From the NCBI GenBank assembly GCA_963716745.1, contig OY970320.1, positions 1,376,001 through 1,440,000 on the forward strand: a DNA stretch of 64,000 nucleotides, in the 5' to 3' direction. This document shows, piece after piece, positions 1 to 10,759 of the stretch (within the stretch, counting starts at the first letter, position 1; the number at the start of each line of letters is the position of its first letter). The notes under the pieces were generated by a model. It was not told the origin of the DNA, ran no database searches, and saw only the letters and a program-made list of their open reading frames with translations. Both the position numbers and the translations under genes were made by a program. The DNA comes from an uncultured Gemmatimonadaceae bacterium. GTDB taxonomy: Bacteria > Gemmatimonadota > Gemmatimonadetes > Gemmatimonadales > Gemmatimonadaceae.

Positions 1-795
<795 letters not shown>

Positions 796-799
<4 letters not shown>

Positions 800-1179
800 T
801 TCTTCGCGGACTCGGCGGGCGCCGCGGGAGTCGCGGCCGGTTGCGGCGCGGGCGGCGCTTTGCGCTCGGCAGTCATGCGCACGGCGGTGTCCACCGCGTC
901 GTTCGCGATGGATTTTCCGGTGGCCGCGACGCCGCCGAGCACGTTCATCGCCTTGTTGAGCAGCCCCATCGTCTCGGCGATCGTGGACGCACTCACTTTC
1001 CCTGCGCGCAGTGTGTCCTCTACGCCTTCGGCGAATCGCTCGAACACGCCGGGGGCGACGGCGGTCTTGCCGGCGTATTTCGACTCGAGGAATTCCACGT
1101 AGTCGAGCAGCTGATATCCGCGCTCGTCGGGGAGCTCATCGAGTTTGCGAACGATCCGCTCGCGAAGATTCTGATTCAT
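796..1179 (-). CDS. Hypothetical protein
   Basis: Host-like codon usage; 4-bp overlap with the downstream gene; N-terminus LDELPDERGYQLLDYVEFL; Ala/Pro-rich tail. Confidence 0.7.
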
Positions 1180-1204
1180 GCCGCCACCGCCGTTAGGGTC
1201 ATGC

Positions 1205-2793
1205 TCACGGAACTACAGTAGATCCTACGAGCAAAGTGCCGTCAGGATCCACCGTGATGCTCGCCGGCATCGCGCCCGTGACCGGCACCGTCACCACCGT
1301 CTCGTTCTGCGCGTTCACCGCGATCGTCTTGCGTTCGATGGTGCCGTCGAGCGCCTTGAACGCGAGCGGCAGCGAGGGCAGCCGGTAGCGCCCCCACGCC
1401 TGCGGCTGAATCTGCAGCACCGACACCTTCACCGTATGCGCCGTGCTATCCGGCGTCCAGTGCACCTCGAGCTTGGGATAGCCTGGCTGATAGAGCCACT
1501 GCTGGAAGAACCAGCCGAGTCTTTGCCCGGAGGACGCTTCGATCTTCTCCTGGAACTGCGCCGTGACCACCGACGTATCGCGATACGCGCGATAGTACTC
1601 GCGCACGCCGCGGAAGAACGCGCTGTCGCCCACCTGTTCCCGCAGCATGTGCAGGATCCACGCGCCCTTGGGGTAGACGTTCGCGTTGAGGAGCTTGTTC
1701 GGATCCTTCTCGAAGATGTCGACGACCGGGCGATTGAGCACCGCCGACTCGAGCCACGCGGCTTTGTCGGCTCTGAGGCCATACGTCATCACCGAGTCGC
1801 CGCTGAGCGCGGCGCCGACCACGAGATCGAAGTAGCTCGCGAATCCTTCCGAGAGCCAGAGGTGCGCCCAGTCGCGCTCGGTCACCGCGTCGCCGAACCA
1901 TTGGTGCGCCGTCTCGTGCCGCACGACGCCTTCGCGCATCGTGCGCTTCACGTACGGCTCTTCGGCGTAGAAGATCGCCGTCGCGTTCTCCATGCCTCCG
2001 TAGCGCGTGGATGATTCGACGTGCGCGAGCTTCGAGTATGGGAAGGGTCCGACGAGGCGCGACATCGTCTCCACGATCTCGGTAGCGCGCGCGAAGGGGC
2101 CGTCGTTCGCGAACGCGGAATCTTCGGCGTACGCCCATACTTCGATGGGGATCGTATCGTGCCCGACGATCGCCGGCCGGTGGGTGGCGACCGTCATCTC
2201 CGTGGAGCCGATGACCATCGTGTAGGTGGGGATCCGCGCGCTCTCCGTGCACGCGGCGACCGACATCCCCTTCGCGCACTGCGGCGCGTTGCTCACCGTG
2301 CGCCAGCCCTGCCGGCGCGTTCACCTTCCAGGCTACACGCGCCTTGTCGCTGGGATGGTCCACCGTGGGCAGCCAGTAGCGCGCACGATTCGGCCAATCA
2401 TCGCCGAACGCGGCGCGCCGTCCGCGCGCGTTGGTGCCGATGATGAGCCCATCGCTCGGCGTGCCGGAATAGTCGACGGTCACGCCATGCCAGCCGAGTC
2501 CGGGGGAAGGGATGCGGATGACTCTGCCGTCGTAGGTGAAGGGGATCGCCCTGCGTGTGTCCTGCTCGGTGACGCTGTCGACATGCATGCCGACGAGGTC
2601 GAGCCGGAGCATGTCGTCGTAGCCCGCCGCGGTGCGGAAGCGCACGGCCGCCTTGCCTACGATCGAGGCCCCGGTGTCCGGGATCGTGATCGTGAAGTGA
2701 TAGGAGGTGACGTCTACTCCTTTTTGCTGGGCCGCGGCCGCGAAGGGCGACAATGCCGCCAGGAGGCTCGCTAGGGCCGATTCGATTGCGCAT
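1205..2793 (-). CDS. Secreted M1 family aminopeptidase (two apparent +1 frameshifts, ~2777 and ~2308)
   Basis: GGMEN, HETAHQW and downstream LSEGFASY zinc motifs in ORF 1205..2296; N-terminal M1 domain (ARYWLPTVDHPSDKA) and signal peptide in the adjacent frame. Confidence 0.85.
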
Positions 2794-2807
2794 GGCAGGA
2801 AAGATAG

Positions 2808-2901
2808 CGGGAAGCGGGAAGCGGGAAGCGCCGCGATGGGCGGGACGCGAGGACTCCCTGTCGTTTCGCTTCCCGCGGCGCTTCCCGCTTCCCGCTTCCC
2901 G
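2808..2901. repeat. Inverted pair of heptamer arrays (CGGGAAG)3 ... (CTTCCCG)3
   Basis: Read directly at 2808-2828 and 2881-2901. Confidence 0.9.
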
Positions 2902-2934
2902 AAAAAAAGGCGCCCCGATCTCGATCGGAGCGCC
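2902..2934 (-). terminator. Intrinsic terminator downstream of the M15 peptidase gene
   Basis: Stem ggcgc(c)ccgatc / gatcgg(a)gcgcc followed by a 7-U tail on the minus strand (A-run 2902-2908). Confidence 0.75.
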
Positions 2935-2959
2935 ATGACAGATCAGGCGGGCGGAGTAG

Positions 2960-3934
2960 TCAGCCCTGCCGTCCCCAGCGCGCACGCGTGCCGCGCGCGT
3001 CGACGTGCACGAAGGGGCCATGCCGGCGGTTGCCCTTGTAGATGCCGGCGCCGCCCACGAGTTCGGGGTGCGCGGCCTCGACGCGGTCGATCGCGTCGCG
3101 GATGATCTTGGCGTCCCGCCAGTCCACGCGATGGTCGTGGTTCAGGTCGGACATGCGGCCGCGGCCGTCGTTGTCAACGTAGATGTCGGCGGCGTCGCCG
3201 TACTGGTGGCGGCTGTCGCGCGCGCGGCCGCCCTCGCCAACGCCCTGCCGGTTGTACTCGGGGGTGCGGAAGCCGGACATCACGGCCAGGTGCGTCACGC
3301 GAACGCCGTGCGCGTTGAGGTCGGCGATGATCAGCTCGAGCTTATCGATGAGGCGCTCGCTCAGCACCATGTACTTCGGCCACACGTCCTGCTGGTCGTG
3401 CGTGAGGAAGTCGCGCAGCTGGAAGTGCTCGGAGACGAAGATCTGCTGGTTCTCAGGCGTGACCTCGATGAAGCCATCGGGGTTCGCGTAGAACTCGCTG
3501 AGCGGCGCTTTGCGCTCGTACGGCCAATTGCCCACGCGATACGTCCCGATACGGCCCTTCTGCTTGGCCGTGAACGGGATGAGCGTGAAGAAGGTGAATG
3601 GCTGGTCGAAGGTGCTGTCGCGCACGGCGTAGGCGCCGGGGCGTACGCCAGCACTGTCGCCAAACAGGCGCTGAAGTGTCGTCGACATTTCCCGCTTCGC
3701 GGGCGTCATGAAGCGAGCGCGGAGTTTGTGGCTGATGCCGGCCAGCGAGTCGAGCAGCGTGAAGAGACCGCTGACGACGAACGGATCACCCGGAGCTGGT
3801 GCCGGACTGCCGAAACCGCCGATCGTCGCGGCACGCGCAGGCGCGACGAAACCCGAAGCCATCACCGTCGCGAATGCGAAGGCGATCACCCCGAGCGCGC
3901 GCGGCAGGCGGCGACGGAACGGCGATTGGATCAC
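2960..3934 (-). CDS. Secreted peptidase M15-like (D-Ala-D-Ala / YcbK-type) peptidoglycan metallopeptidase
   Basis: SGFRTPEYN, SRHQYGDAAD and FVHVDARG motifs; N-terminal signal with RRR. Confidence 0.85.
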   Translation of the reverse strand: MIQSPFRRRLPRALGVIAFAFATVMASGFVAPARAATIGGFGSPAPAPGDPFVVSGLFTLLDSLAGISHKLRARFMTPAKREMSTTLQRLFGDSAGVRPGAYAVRDSTFDQPFTFFTLIPFTAKQKGRIGTYRVGNWPYERKAPLSEFYANPDGFIEVTPENQQIFVSEHFQLRDFLTHDQQDVWPKYMVLSERLIDKLELIIADLNAHGVRVTHLAVMSGFRTPEYNRQGVGEGGRARDSRHQYGDAADIYVDNDGRGRMSDLNHDHRVDWRDAKIIRDAIDRVEAAHPELVGGAGIYKGNRRHGPFVHVDARGTRARWGRQG

Positions 3935-3942
3935 TCGAGAAC

Positions 3943-4036
3943 CTCCCTGGCAACCAGACCAACAGCGAACGAAATGGTACCGCTGTCTCTTGGCTTTGCG
4001 CCCCGGTGTTCACACCGGTTTGCCCTGAGCAAGGAG
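3943..4036 (-). ncRNA. c-di-GMP-I (GEMM) riboswitch
   Basis: Minus strand reads CUCCUU-GCUCA-GGGCAAA-CCGGUG-UGAA-CACCGG-GGCGCAAAGCCA-AGA-GACAGCG...CGCUGUU-GGUC-UGGUUGCC-AGGGAG, matching the GEMM hallmarks GGCAAA, P2, GRCGCAAAGC, P3 and GGUUGCC. Confidence 0.85.
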
Positions 4037-4167
4037 AACCCAACGACGGCCGTTAGCGGTTAGACGTTAGAACGGCGCTGGGAGCGGGGATGCGAACATA
4101 ATTAAGACGAGCGCGCAATGATAGTGTAACTCGTCAGAAATGTCGTAATTCTTGGCTGGCCGAGCGG

Positions 4168-5034
4168 TCAGTAAATGTAGACCGGGGTGCCAACCGCAAC
4201 AATGCTATACAAGTACGCGATATCCTCGTTCCGCAAACGGACGCATCCGTGACTGGCCGCGTGGCCAATTGAGTTCGGCTCGTCGGTCCCATGCAGGCCG
4301 TACCCATCCCCCAGATTCAACCGGTGCCCGCCCACCACCCATTTGTACTTTCGCTGGTTCGTGCCGAACGGCGGCACGACGATCTTGTTGTCGGCCACGA
4401 GTTCGTGCCCTTCGCTCGCCTCCAGCAGCTGCACGTGACCGTCGGGGAACACCCGCACGACATCGTCGCCACGCACTTCATACCACGACCCGTCGCTCAC
4501 ATTCACCTTCGACCCGCGCTTGAGCATCACCACACCATACCCGTGCTTCTTCGCCGCCATCTCCACGAAGTGCCAGTCGGGCGGCTGCCAATACGGATCC
4601 ATCTCCTTGTACTGCACGGTCAGCCGGCCGCGCGGCGTGTCGAACTTGTACTCCTTCCGCCCGCCGGTGGTCTGCACGAGCGACTTGCCGCTCCCCACCG
4701 CGACGCGCGTGGTATAGAGCGTGGTGTCGCCCTGCTTGAGCCACAGCCGGCGATCCTCGATGCTCACCACGATGTACTGCCCCACCGGCACGGTGTCGGG
4801 CGTGGACGCCAGCGCGTTCTGCAGCGAGTCCAATTCCTGGTCGGCGCGGCGCGTAAGCGAGTCGAGCACCCCATGCTGCTTGGTGACCACGAATTCATTC
4901 GCGTCGCGACGCCGCCGAGCCTGCACGGTCGCGAACAGCATCCCCGCCGTCACAGCGCCCGCGAGCACCATCGTCACGGTCATCACCCAGATCCCGGGCG
5001 GCGCGTCCTTCAGGACTTCCTTGACGGATCTCAT
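4168..5034 (-). CDS. L,D-transpeptidase (YkuD domain), membrane-anchored
   Basis: YGLHGT...SHGCVRL catalytic motif; N-terminal TM helix. Confidence 0.92.
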   Translation of the reverse strand: MRSVKEVLKDAPPGIWVMTVTMVLAGAVTAGMLFATVQARRRRDANEFVVTKQHGVLDSLTRRADQELDSLQNALASTPDTVPVGQYIVVSIEDRRLWLKQGDTTLYTTRVAVGSGKSLVQTTGGRKEYKFDTPRGRLTVQYKEMDPYWQPPDWHFVEMAAKKHGYGVVMLKRGSKVNVSDGSWYEVRGDDVVRVFPDGHVQLLEASEGHELVADNKIVVPPFGTNQRKYKWVVGGHRLNLGDGYGLHGTDEPNSIGHAASHGCVRLRNEDIAYLYSIVAVGTPVYIY

Positions 5035-5035
5035 A

Positions 5036-5725
5036 TCAATAAACGTACACCGGGGTGCCAGGGGCGAGATTGGGCATGATGGCGCGGAGGTCCTCCGCGC
5101 TGGCCCTGACCGCCCCTGGGAGCACGTAGGCGCTGTCTCTGAGCGGTCCTGACGCCGGCTGTGAATAGATCACGGCGCCTCCCTCCAACAGGATCGCCAC
5201 TGGTCCCAGCGCGCCGGCGACCATCGAATCCGCCGGCACCGCCAGCCGCCGGTCGGTATACACCCAGCGCGGCACCGGCCACTGGTCGGCCGGCCCCAGC
5301 ACGCGCTGCACTACGAACGGCCCACGCGGCACACCCGTGGTGCTCGTGTCGCCGCGCTGCACGCTGCGCGAGACGCCCAGCTTCACCGGGAACCGTCGCA
5401 GCGTCGCGCCCTCCTGCATGAGCGACAACTGCGCGCTGTCCACGTCCACCGAGAGATGCAGCGCCTTGCCGTACATCGCCTCGCGGCGCACGAGCTCCAG
5501 CCTCACGCGCTCCTGCGCGCCGCGTGAGTCGGCCAGCGCGTCGCCGCGCTGCCGCTGGCTCTCGTTCATGGTCGCGCGCAGCGCCTCGATCTCGGCGGCG
5601 TAGTTCTTCTGGCGCTCCACCAGCAGCAGGTCGATCGCCACGAGCACCGCGATGATGAGCAGCACGCCGGGAAGGAACCCCGGGTACTGCTCTCGAAAAT
5701 CGCGGAACCGGATCTCAGTGAACAT
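5036..5725 (-). CDS. L,D-transpeptidase-like protein lacking catalytic His/Cys
   Basis: YkuD-like layout ([34 protein letters not shown]); VLPGAVRA replaces SHGCVRL; start taken at MFTEI. Confidence 0.75.
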   Translation of the reverse strand: MFTEIRFRDFREQYPGFLPGVLLIIAVLVAIDLLLVERQKNYAAEIEALRATMNESQRQRGDALADSRGAQERVRLELVRREAMYGKALHLSVDVDSAQLSLMQEGATLRRFPVKLGVSRSVQRGDTSTTGVPRGPFVVQRVLGPADQWPVPRWVYTDRRLAVPADSMVAGALGPVAILLEGGAVIYSQPASGPLRDSAYVLPGAVRASAEDLRAIMPNLAPGTPVYVY

Positions 5726-5744
5726 CAGTCGATGGTCCGGCGGG

Positions 5745-6788
5745 TCACCGCTGCACGATGCGCTGCACGTCCAGCACCGGCACGCCGCTCGGATCGCTGC
5801 GTCCATAGCGCACCTTGGCGAGCACCACGATGTTCGAGAGCGGCTTGAGCTCGCGCGCCATGTCCATGAGCGACGGCGGCAGCGCGAGATACAGCAGCGA
5901 ACTCTCGCTCCCGGGGCCGCGCGCGAGCAGATACGGCTCCTCGAGCCGGAGTCCCTTCCGCAGCGGATCGGCCGTCTGGTACGCCACTACCTGCACCACC
6001 CATCGCACGGTCTGCCCTTTGTAGCGATCGGGATCCGCGCGCAGGTCGGCCGCCGAGATGCTGCTGATCGGCACGCTGTCGAGCGGAATGAGATCCTGCT
6101 GCTTCACCCAGCCTTCCATGGTCACGTGCACCCAGCCGCGTTCGCTCGGCCCGGTCACGAGTCGCGTGGCAGAGTCCAGCGTGCCGAGCACGGCACCGGT
6201 GGGCGCCGCGTGGATGGTCGTGCGTCGCGCGACGGCCACGTCGCCCGGCAGCGATTCGGCGGTGGCGCTCGGCATCGGTTCGGCGGCTACCGTGGCCGCT
6301 GTGGCCGGGGCGAGGGGCGGAGCCGGCTTCGGGACGGCCGCCGGCGACGCGGCCGCCACTGGTTTCGGCGCGCCCGCGCGCACGGTGCTCGAGAGCACCC
6401 AACCGCTTCGCCGCACGTGGGCCCACTGTGCCGTGCGCGCGATCAATTGCATGCCCAAGCCGTCCTCGAGCTGCGCGACGACGGGCGCGGTGCGATCGGC
6501 GCCGGCGCGCATGAGCGCACCGATCGACGATTTGGCGGAGAGCGGAAAGCTGTCCTTCGCCGGGCCGATCACGCTCACATGCAGCCATCCCTCGACCATC
6601 ACGCGCGACCAGGATCCGCTCGTGCCGAGCAACTGCACCGCGGAATTCGCGCGCAGCGCGGCGATCTCGTGGCCGTCGGGTGCGACGCGCAACGATACCG
6701 GCGCCGTGACCGTTCCGGCGGCGGGTGTCTGCGCGAGCAGCGCCACCGGCAGCAGGAGAGCGAGGAGTGCCAGGCGTTCAGAGCGCAT
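5745..6788 (-). CDS. Secreted protein with repeated SH3b-like domains
   Basis: Signal peptide [12 protein letters not shown]; repeats [30 protein letters not shown]. Confidence 0.7.
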   Translation of the reverse strand: MRSERLALLALLLPVALLAQTPAAGTVTAPVSLRVAPDGHEIAALRANSAVQLLGTSGSWSRVMVEGWLHVSVIGPAKDSFPLSAKSSIGALMRAGADRTAPVVAQLEDGLGMQLIARTAQWAHVRRSGWVLSSTVRAGAPKPVAAASPAAVPKPAPPLAPATAATVAAEPMPSATAESLPGDVAVARRTTIHAAPTGAVLGTLDSATRLVTGPSERGWVHVTMEGWVKQQDLIPLDSVPISSISAADLRADPDRYKGQTVRWVVQVVAYQTADPLRKGLRLEEPYLLARGPGSESSLLYLALPPSLMDMARELKPLSNIVVLAKVRYGRSDPSGVPVLDVQRIVQR

Positions 6789-6875
6789 CGCTGGATGGGG
6801 CGTGAGCGGAGGGGTAGATTTCACGAGGGGCGCGTGGCGCGCCGGAACATAGTCTTTCACACGTACCGAGCAAAG

Positions 6876-8427
6876 ATGCCTGAGCGGCGCAAGCGCCCGG
6901 TGATCCTCGTCGTGCTCGACGGCTGGGGTCATCGCGAAGAGCGCGAAGGGAACGCGATCGCGCTCGCGCGAACGCCCAACTGGGACGCACTGTGCGCGCG
7001 GCATCCGCGCACGTTGCTCGACGCGTCGGGGCTCGCTGTAGGACTCCCCGCGGGACAGATGGGCAACAGCGAAGTGGGCCATCTGAACCTCGGCGCGGGG
7101 CGCGCGATCCCCACCGATCTCGTGCGCATCGACACCGCCATCGCCGACCGCTCGTTCTTCGAGAATGCCGAACTCGTGCGGCTCTTCCGCGCCGTGAAAG
7201 CGCGCGGCGGCACGCGTGCATCTCGCGGGGCTCGTCGGCGACGGCGGCGTGCACGCCTGCGACCGGCATCTCTTCGCGCTGTTCGAACTCGCGGAGCGCG
7301 AGAAGATGCCGCGCGTCGCGCTGCACGCGCTGCTCGACGGCCGCGACACACTGCCGCGTTCGGGGCTCGGGTTCATGCGCGAAACGATCGACCGCGCGAA
7401 GGGGCGCGCCGTGGTGGCGTCGCTCGGCGGCCGCTACTTCGGCATGGACCGCGACAAGCGGTGGCCGCGCACGGAGAAATGGTACCGCGCGATGGTGGAC
7501 GGTGCGGGCCCGCGTGCCGCGGATCCACTCGCCGCGATCCAGGCCGCTTACGACCGGGGCGAGAGCGATGAGTTCGTGACGCCCGTCGTGATCGAACAGA
7601 ATGGCGCCCCACTGGCGCCCGTGCGCGACGGCGATGGCATCGTGCTGTTCAATTTCCGCGCCGACCGCATGCGCCAGATCGTGCGCGCGCTCACGGACCC
7701 GAAGTTCGATGGATTCGATGTGGCCGCGCGTCCCACGATCGATCTCGCGTCGATGACGATGTACGACGAGACGTTCACGCTGCCGGTGGCGTTCCCGCCG
7801 ATCACGCTCGCGCGCATCGTCGCCGAGGAAGTGAGCGCGCGCGACATGACGATGTTCCGCACCGCGGAAACGGAGAAGTACGCGCACGTGACCTATTTCT
7901 TCAACGGCGGGTATGAGACGCCGTACAAGGGGGAAGTGCGCGAGCTCGTGCCGAGTCAGCAGGTCGCCACGTACGATCTCGCGCCGGAGATGAGCGCGGC
8001 GGGCGTGACGGACGTGCTCTGCGCGGCGATCGCGAGCCGTGAGCACGATTTCATCCTCGTGAATTACGCGAACGGCGACATGGTGGGGCACACCGGCGTG
8101 ATCCCCGCCGCGATCAAAGCGGTGGAGACCGTGGATGCCTGTCTGGCTCGCGTGCTCGACGCGGCGGCGAAAGCGGAGGCCCGCGTGCTCGTCACGGCCG
8201 ACCATGGCAATTGCGAGATGATGATCGATCCGGAGACGGGCGGGCCGCATACGGCCCACACGACGAACCCCGTACCCATTATCGTTGTAGACCCCGACGG
8301 CGCGCGGAAACTGCGCGCCGGCGGCGCACTGAGAGATGTGGGGCCGACCATTCTGTCGATGCTGGGCATCGACCGGCCGCCGGAAATGACCGGCGTTGAC
8401 CTTAGAGAATCTGGAGCGAGGGCGTGA
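6876..8427 (+). CDS. gpmI: 2,3-bisphosphoglycerate-independent phosphoglycerate mutase (apparent +1 frameshift ~7215)
   Basis: [64 protein letters not shown]. Confidence 0.95.
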
Positions 8428-9191
8428 GGCATATCCTGGCAAGCTTGGCGGTACTGGTCGCGTTCACGGCGGTGGCAGGTGCGCAGGACAGCACGGCGGT
8501 ACCAGCGAAGCCCGACACCGTGGCGAAGCTCAAACCCGACACTGTGGCGAAGCCTGATACCACGCCGAAGCCCGTTCACATCGCGTCACCGTACCAGGAC
8601 TTCAACCAGCTCCAGGCCTTCCAGCTCGATGTCGGCTATTTCGCCGGGAATACGGGCGACGCCGGCGTAGGGCCGCAGGGCGCGCCGATCGCCAATCTGA
8701 GTTACGGCCTGCACATCGGCGGTGCGGCGTTCGGATTCGGCACCGTCGGCTATACCAACTCGAAGAGAACGGTGCTCGATGCCGCACTGCCGGCGGGACA
8801 GCACAACATTGGCACGATCTCGGACCCGCTGATCTTCGTGAACCTCGGAGTGCTGCTCGCGATGACCGGCGAGAAGACATGGCACAACATGGTGCCATTC
8901 GTCGGGTTCACGACCGGCGTCGCGCTCAGCACGCAGCCTGCGGATGTGAGCGGCTACCAATTCGGAACCAAGTTCTTCTTCGGACTCGGCGCGGGACTCC
9001 GCTACCGCCTGAAGCGACCGTGGGTGCTGAACGTCGCCCTGTGGGACTATCTCTGGCAGCTGCACTATCCGCAGAGCTACTTCAATCAGGGGCCCGTCAA
9101 TTCGATCCTGCCGCCGAATTCGCCGAATCAGCAGTTCCTGAACAACGGCGTGTTCACGGTCGGCCTCACGTACGTCTTTAAGTCGCTCTAG
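8424..9191 (+). CDS. Putative outer-membrane beta-barrel protein
   Basis: Signal peptide, KPDTVA repeats, amphipathic strands, C-terminal VGLTYVF. Confidence 0.6.
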   Translation: MRHILASLAVLVAFTAVAGAQDSTAVPAKPDTVAKLKPDTVAKPDTTPKPVHIASPYQDFNQLQAFQLDVGYFAGNTGDAGVGPQGAPIANLSYGLHIGGAAFGFGTVGYTNSKRTVLDAALPAGQHNIGTISDPLIFVNLGVLLAMTGEKTWHNMVPFVGFTTGVALSTQPADVSGYQFGTKFFFGLGAGLRYRLKRPWVLNVALWDYLWQLHYPQSYFNQGPVNSILPPNSPNQQFLNNGVFTVGLTYVFKSL

Positions 9192-9195
9192 CCGG

Positions 9196-9615
9196 ATGCC
9201 GCGCGCCGCACTCACTCGCCGGGTGACCTTCGCTGCCGCGCACCGGTACCGTCGCGCCGAGTGGAGCGACGCGAAGAATCACGAGGTCTTCGGTGCGTGC
9301 GCGAACCCACATTTCCACGGGCACGGCTACGCCTGCGAAGTGACCGTGCGCGGCGAGGTGGATCCGACCACCGGCATGGTGATCGATCTCGGCGTGCTCG
9401 ACCGCGTGCTGCGGGATGAAGTGATCGCGCGGTTCGACCACCGGAATCTCAACCTCGAAGTGCCGGAGTTCGGCGAGGGCGGGATGATCCCGACGGGTGA
9501 GAATCTCGCGCGCGTGATCGGCGAGCGGGTGCAGACCGCGCTGGGCTCGCGCGTGTCCGTCGCGCGCGTGGTGGTGCGAGAGGACGAGTCGCTCTCCGCG
9601 GAATGGGCCCCCTGA
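9196..9615 (+). CDS. queD: 6-carboxytetrahydropterin synthase / 6-pyruvoyl-tetrahydropterin synthase
   Basis: FAAAH, CANPHFHGHGY, FDHRNLN, PTGENLA. Confidence 0.88.
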   Translation: MPRAALTRRVTFAAAHRYRRAEWSDAKNHEVFGACANPHFHGHGYACEVTVRGEVDPTTGMVIDLGVLDRVLRDEVIARFDHRNLNLEVPEFGEGGMIPTGENLARVIGERVQTALGSRVSVARVVVREDESLSAEWAP

Positions 9616-10247
9616 CCTGCGCGGGAGCGATCCTCGCCGGCGGCGAGGCGTCGCGGTTCGGCGGCGAACCGAAGGGACTCGAGCGGGTTGGCGGCGTTCG
9701 GATCATCGACCGCGTGGCGCTCGCGCTCGCCGGCGCGGCCGACAGTCTTCTGCTCATCGCGAACGACCCGCTGGCGACCTCGTGGCTGCCGGGCGTGCGC
9801 GTGGCGGCGGACATCCACCTGGGACGCGGCACGCTCGGCGGCATCCACGCGGCGCTCGTGCGCGCGGATTCACCGGTACTGGTGGTGGCGTGGGACATGC
9901 CCTTCGTGCCAACGTTGTTGCTGCGCGAGTTGCGCGCGCTCGGCGAACAAGGGCACGATGTAGCGATCGCCGAGAGCACGTCGCGGCGCGGTGTGGAGCC
10001 GCTGTGCGCCTGGTACGCGCCGTCGTGCGTGGCGGCGATTGAGCGGGCGCTGGCGGCGGAGCGCGGCGAGGTGATCGCGTTCTTCGGCGAGGTGCGCGTG
10101 GCGCGGCTGCCGGCGGCCGCCGTCGCGACGCACGGCGATCCGGCGCGCATGTTCATGAACGTCAATTCCCCGGACGAGCTCAAACTCGCGGAGCGGTATG
10201 CCTCGACCCCCGATGGTGGCGATCGTCGGCCGAAAGCATCACGGTAA
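9603..10247 (+). CDS. mobA: Molybdenum cofactor guanylyltransferase
   Basis: ILAGGEASRFG, WDMPF, EPLCAWY, FMNVNSP. Confidence 0.9.
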   Translation: MGPLTCAGAILAGGEASRFGGEPKGLERVGGVRIIDRVALALAGAADSLLLIANDPLATSWLPGVRVAADIHLGRGTLGGIHAALVRADSPVLVVAWDMPFVPTLLLRELRALGEQGHDVAIAESTSRRGVEPLCAWYAPSCVAAIERALAAERGEVIAFFGEVRVARLPAAAVATHGDPARMFMNVNSPDELKLAERYASTPDGGDRRPKASR

Positions 10248-10728
10248 GACCACGCTCGTGGTGCAGCTCGCGGCGGAGCTGACACGGCGCGGACATCGCG
10301 TGATGACCATCAAGCACGGCTCGCACACGTTCAATCTCGACCCCGAGGGTACGGACACCTATCGCCACTATCACGAGGGCGGCGCTGAGCGCGTGGCGAT
10401 GGCGTCGCCCGACAAGTTCGCGTTGGTTTCGCGGTGGTCCGAGGAACTGACGCCGGAGGAGATCGCGGAGCGCTACTTGGCGGACGCGAGCGTAGTGCTG
10501 TGCGAGGGATTCAAGGCGAGCGCGATCCCGAAGATCGAAGTATTCCGCCGCGCCGCGGGCAAGGATCCGTTGTACGTGGAAGGCTCCGAACTCGCGGCGC
10601 AGTACATGGCGATGATCACGGACGACGAGACGCTGGAGTTCGATGGGATCCGGATGTTCCGTTTCTCTTCCGCCGATTGGCTCCCCTCGCTCGCGGAGTT
10701 GATCGAGAAGACCGTAGTGCGTTCCTAG
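10198..10728 (+). CDS. mobB: Molybdopterin-guanine dinucleotide biosynthesis protein B
   Basis: P-loop GRKHHGKTT, IKHGSH, GTDTYRH, EGFK. Confidence 0.9.
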   Translation: MPRPPMVAIVGRKHHGKTTLVVQLAAELTRRGHRVMTIKHGSHTFNLDPEGTDTYRHYHEGGAERVAMASPDKFALVSRWSEELTPEEIAERYLADASVVLCEGFKASAIPKIEVFRRAAGKDPLYVEGSELAAQYMAMITDDETLEFDGIRMFRFSSADWLPSLAELIEKTVVRS

Positions 10729-10759
10729 CAAGTCCCGAGTCCCGAATCCCGAGCCGTAC

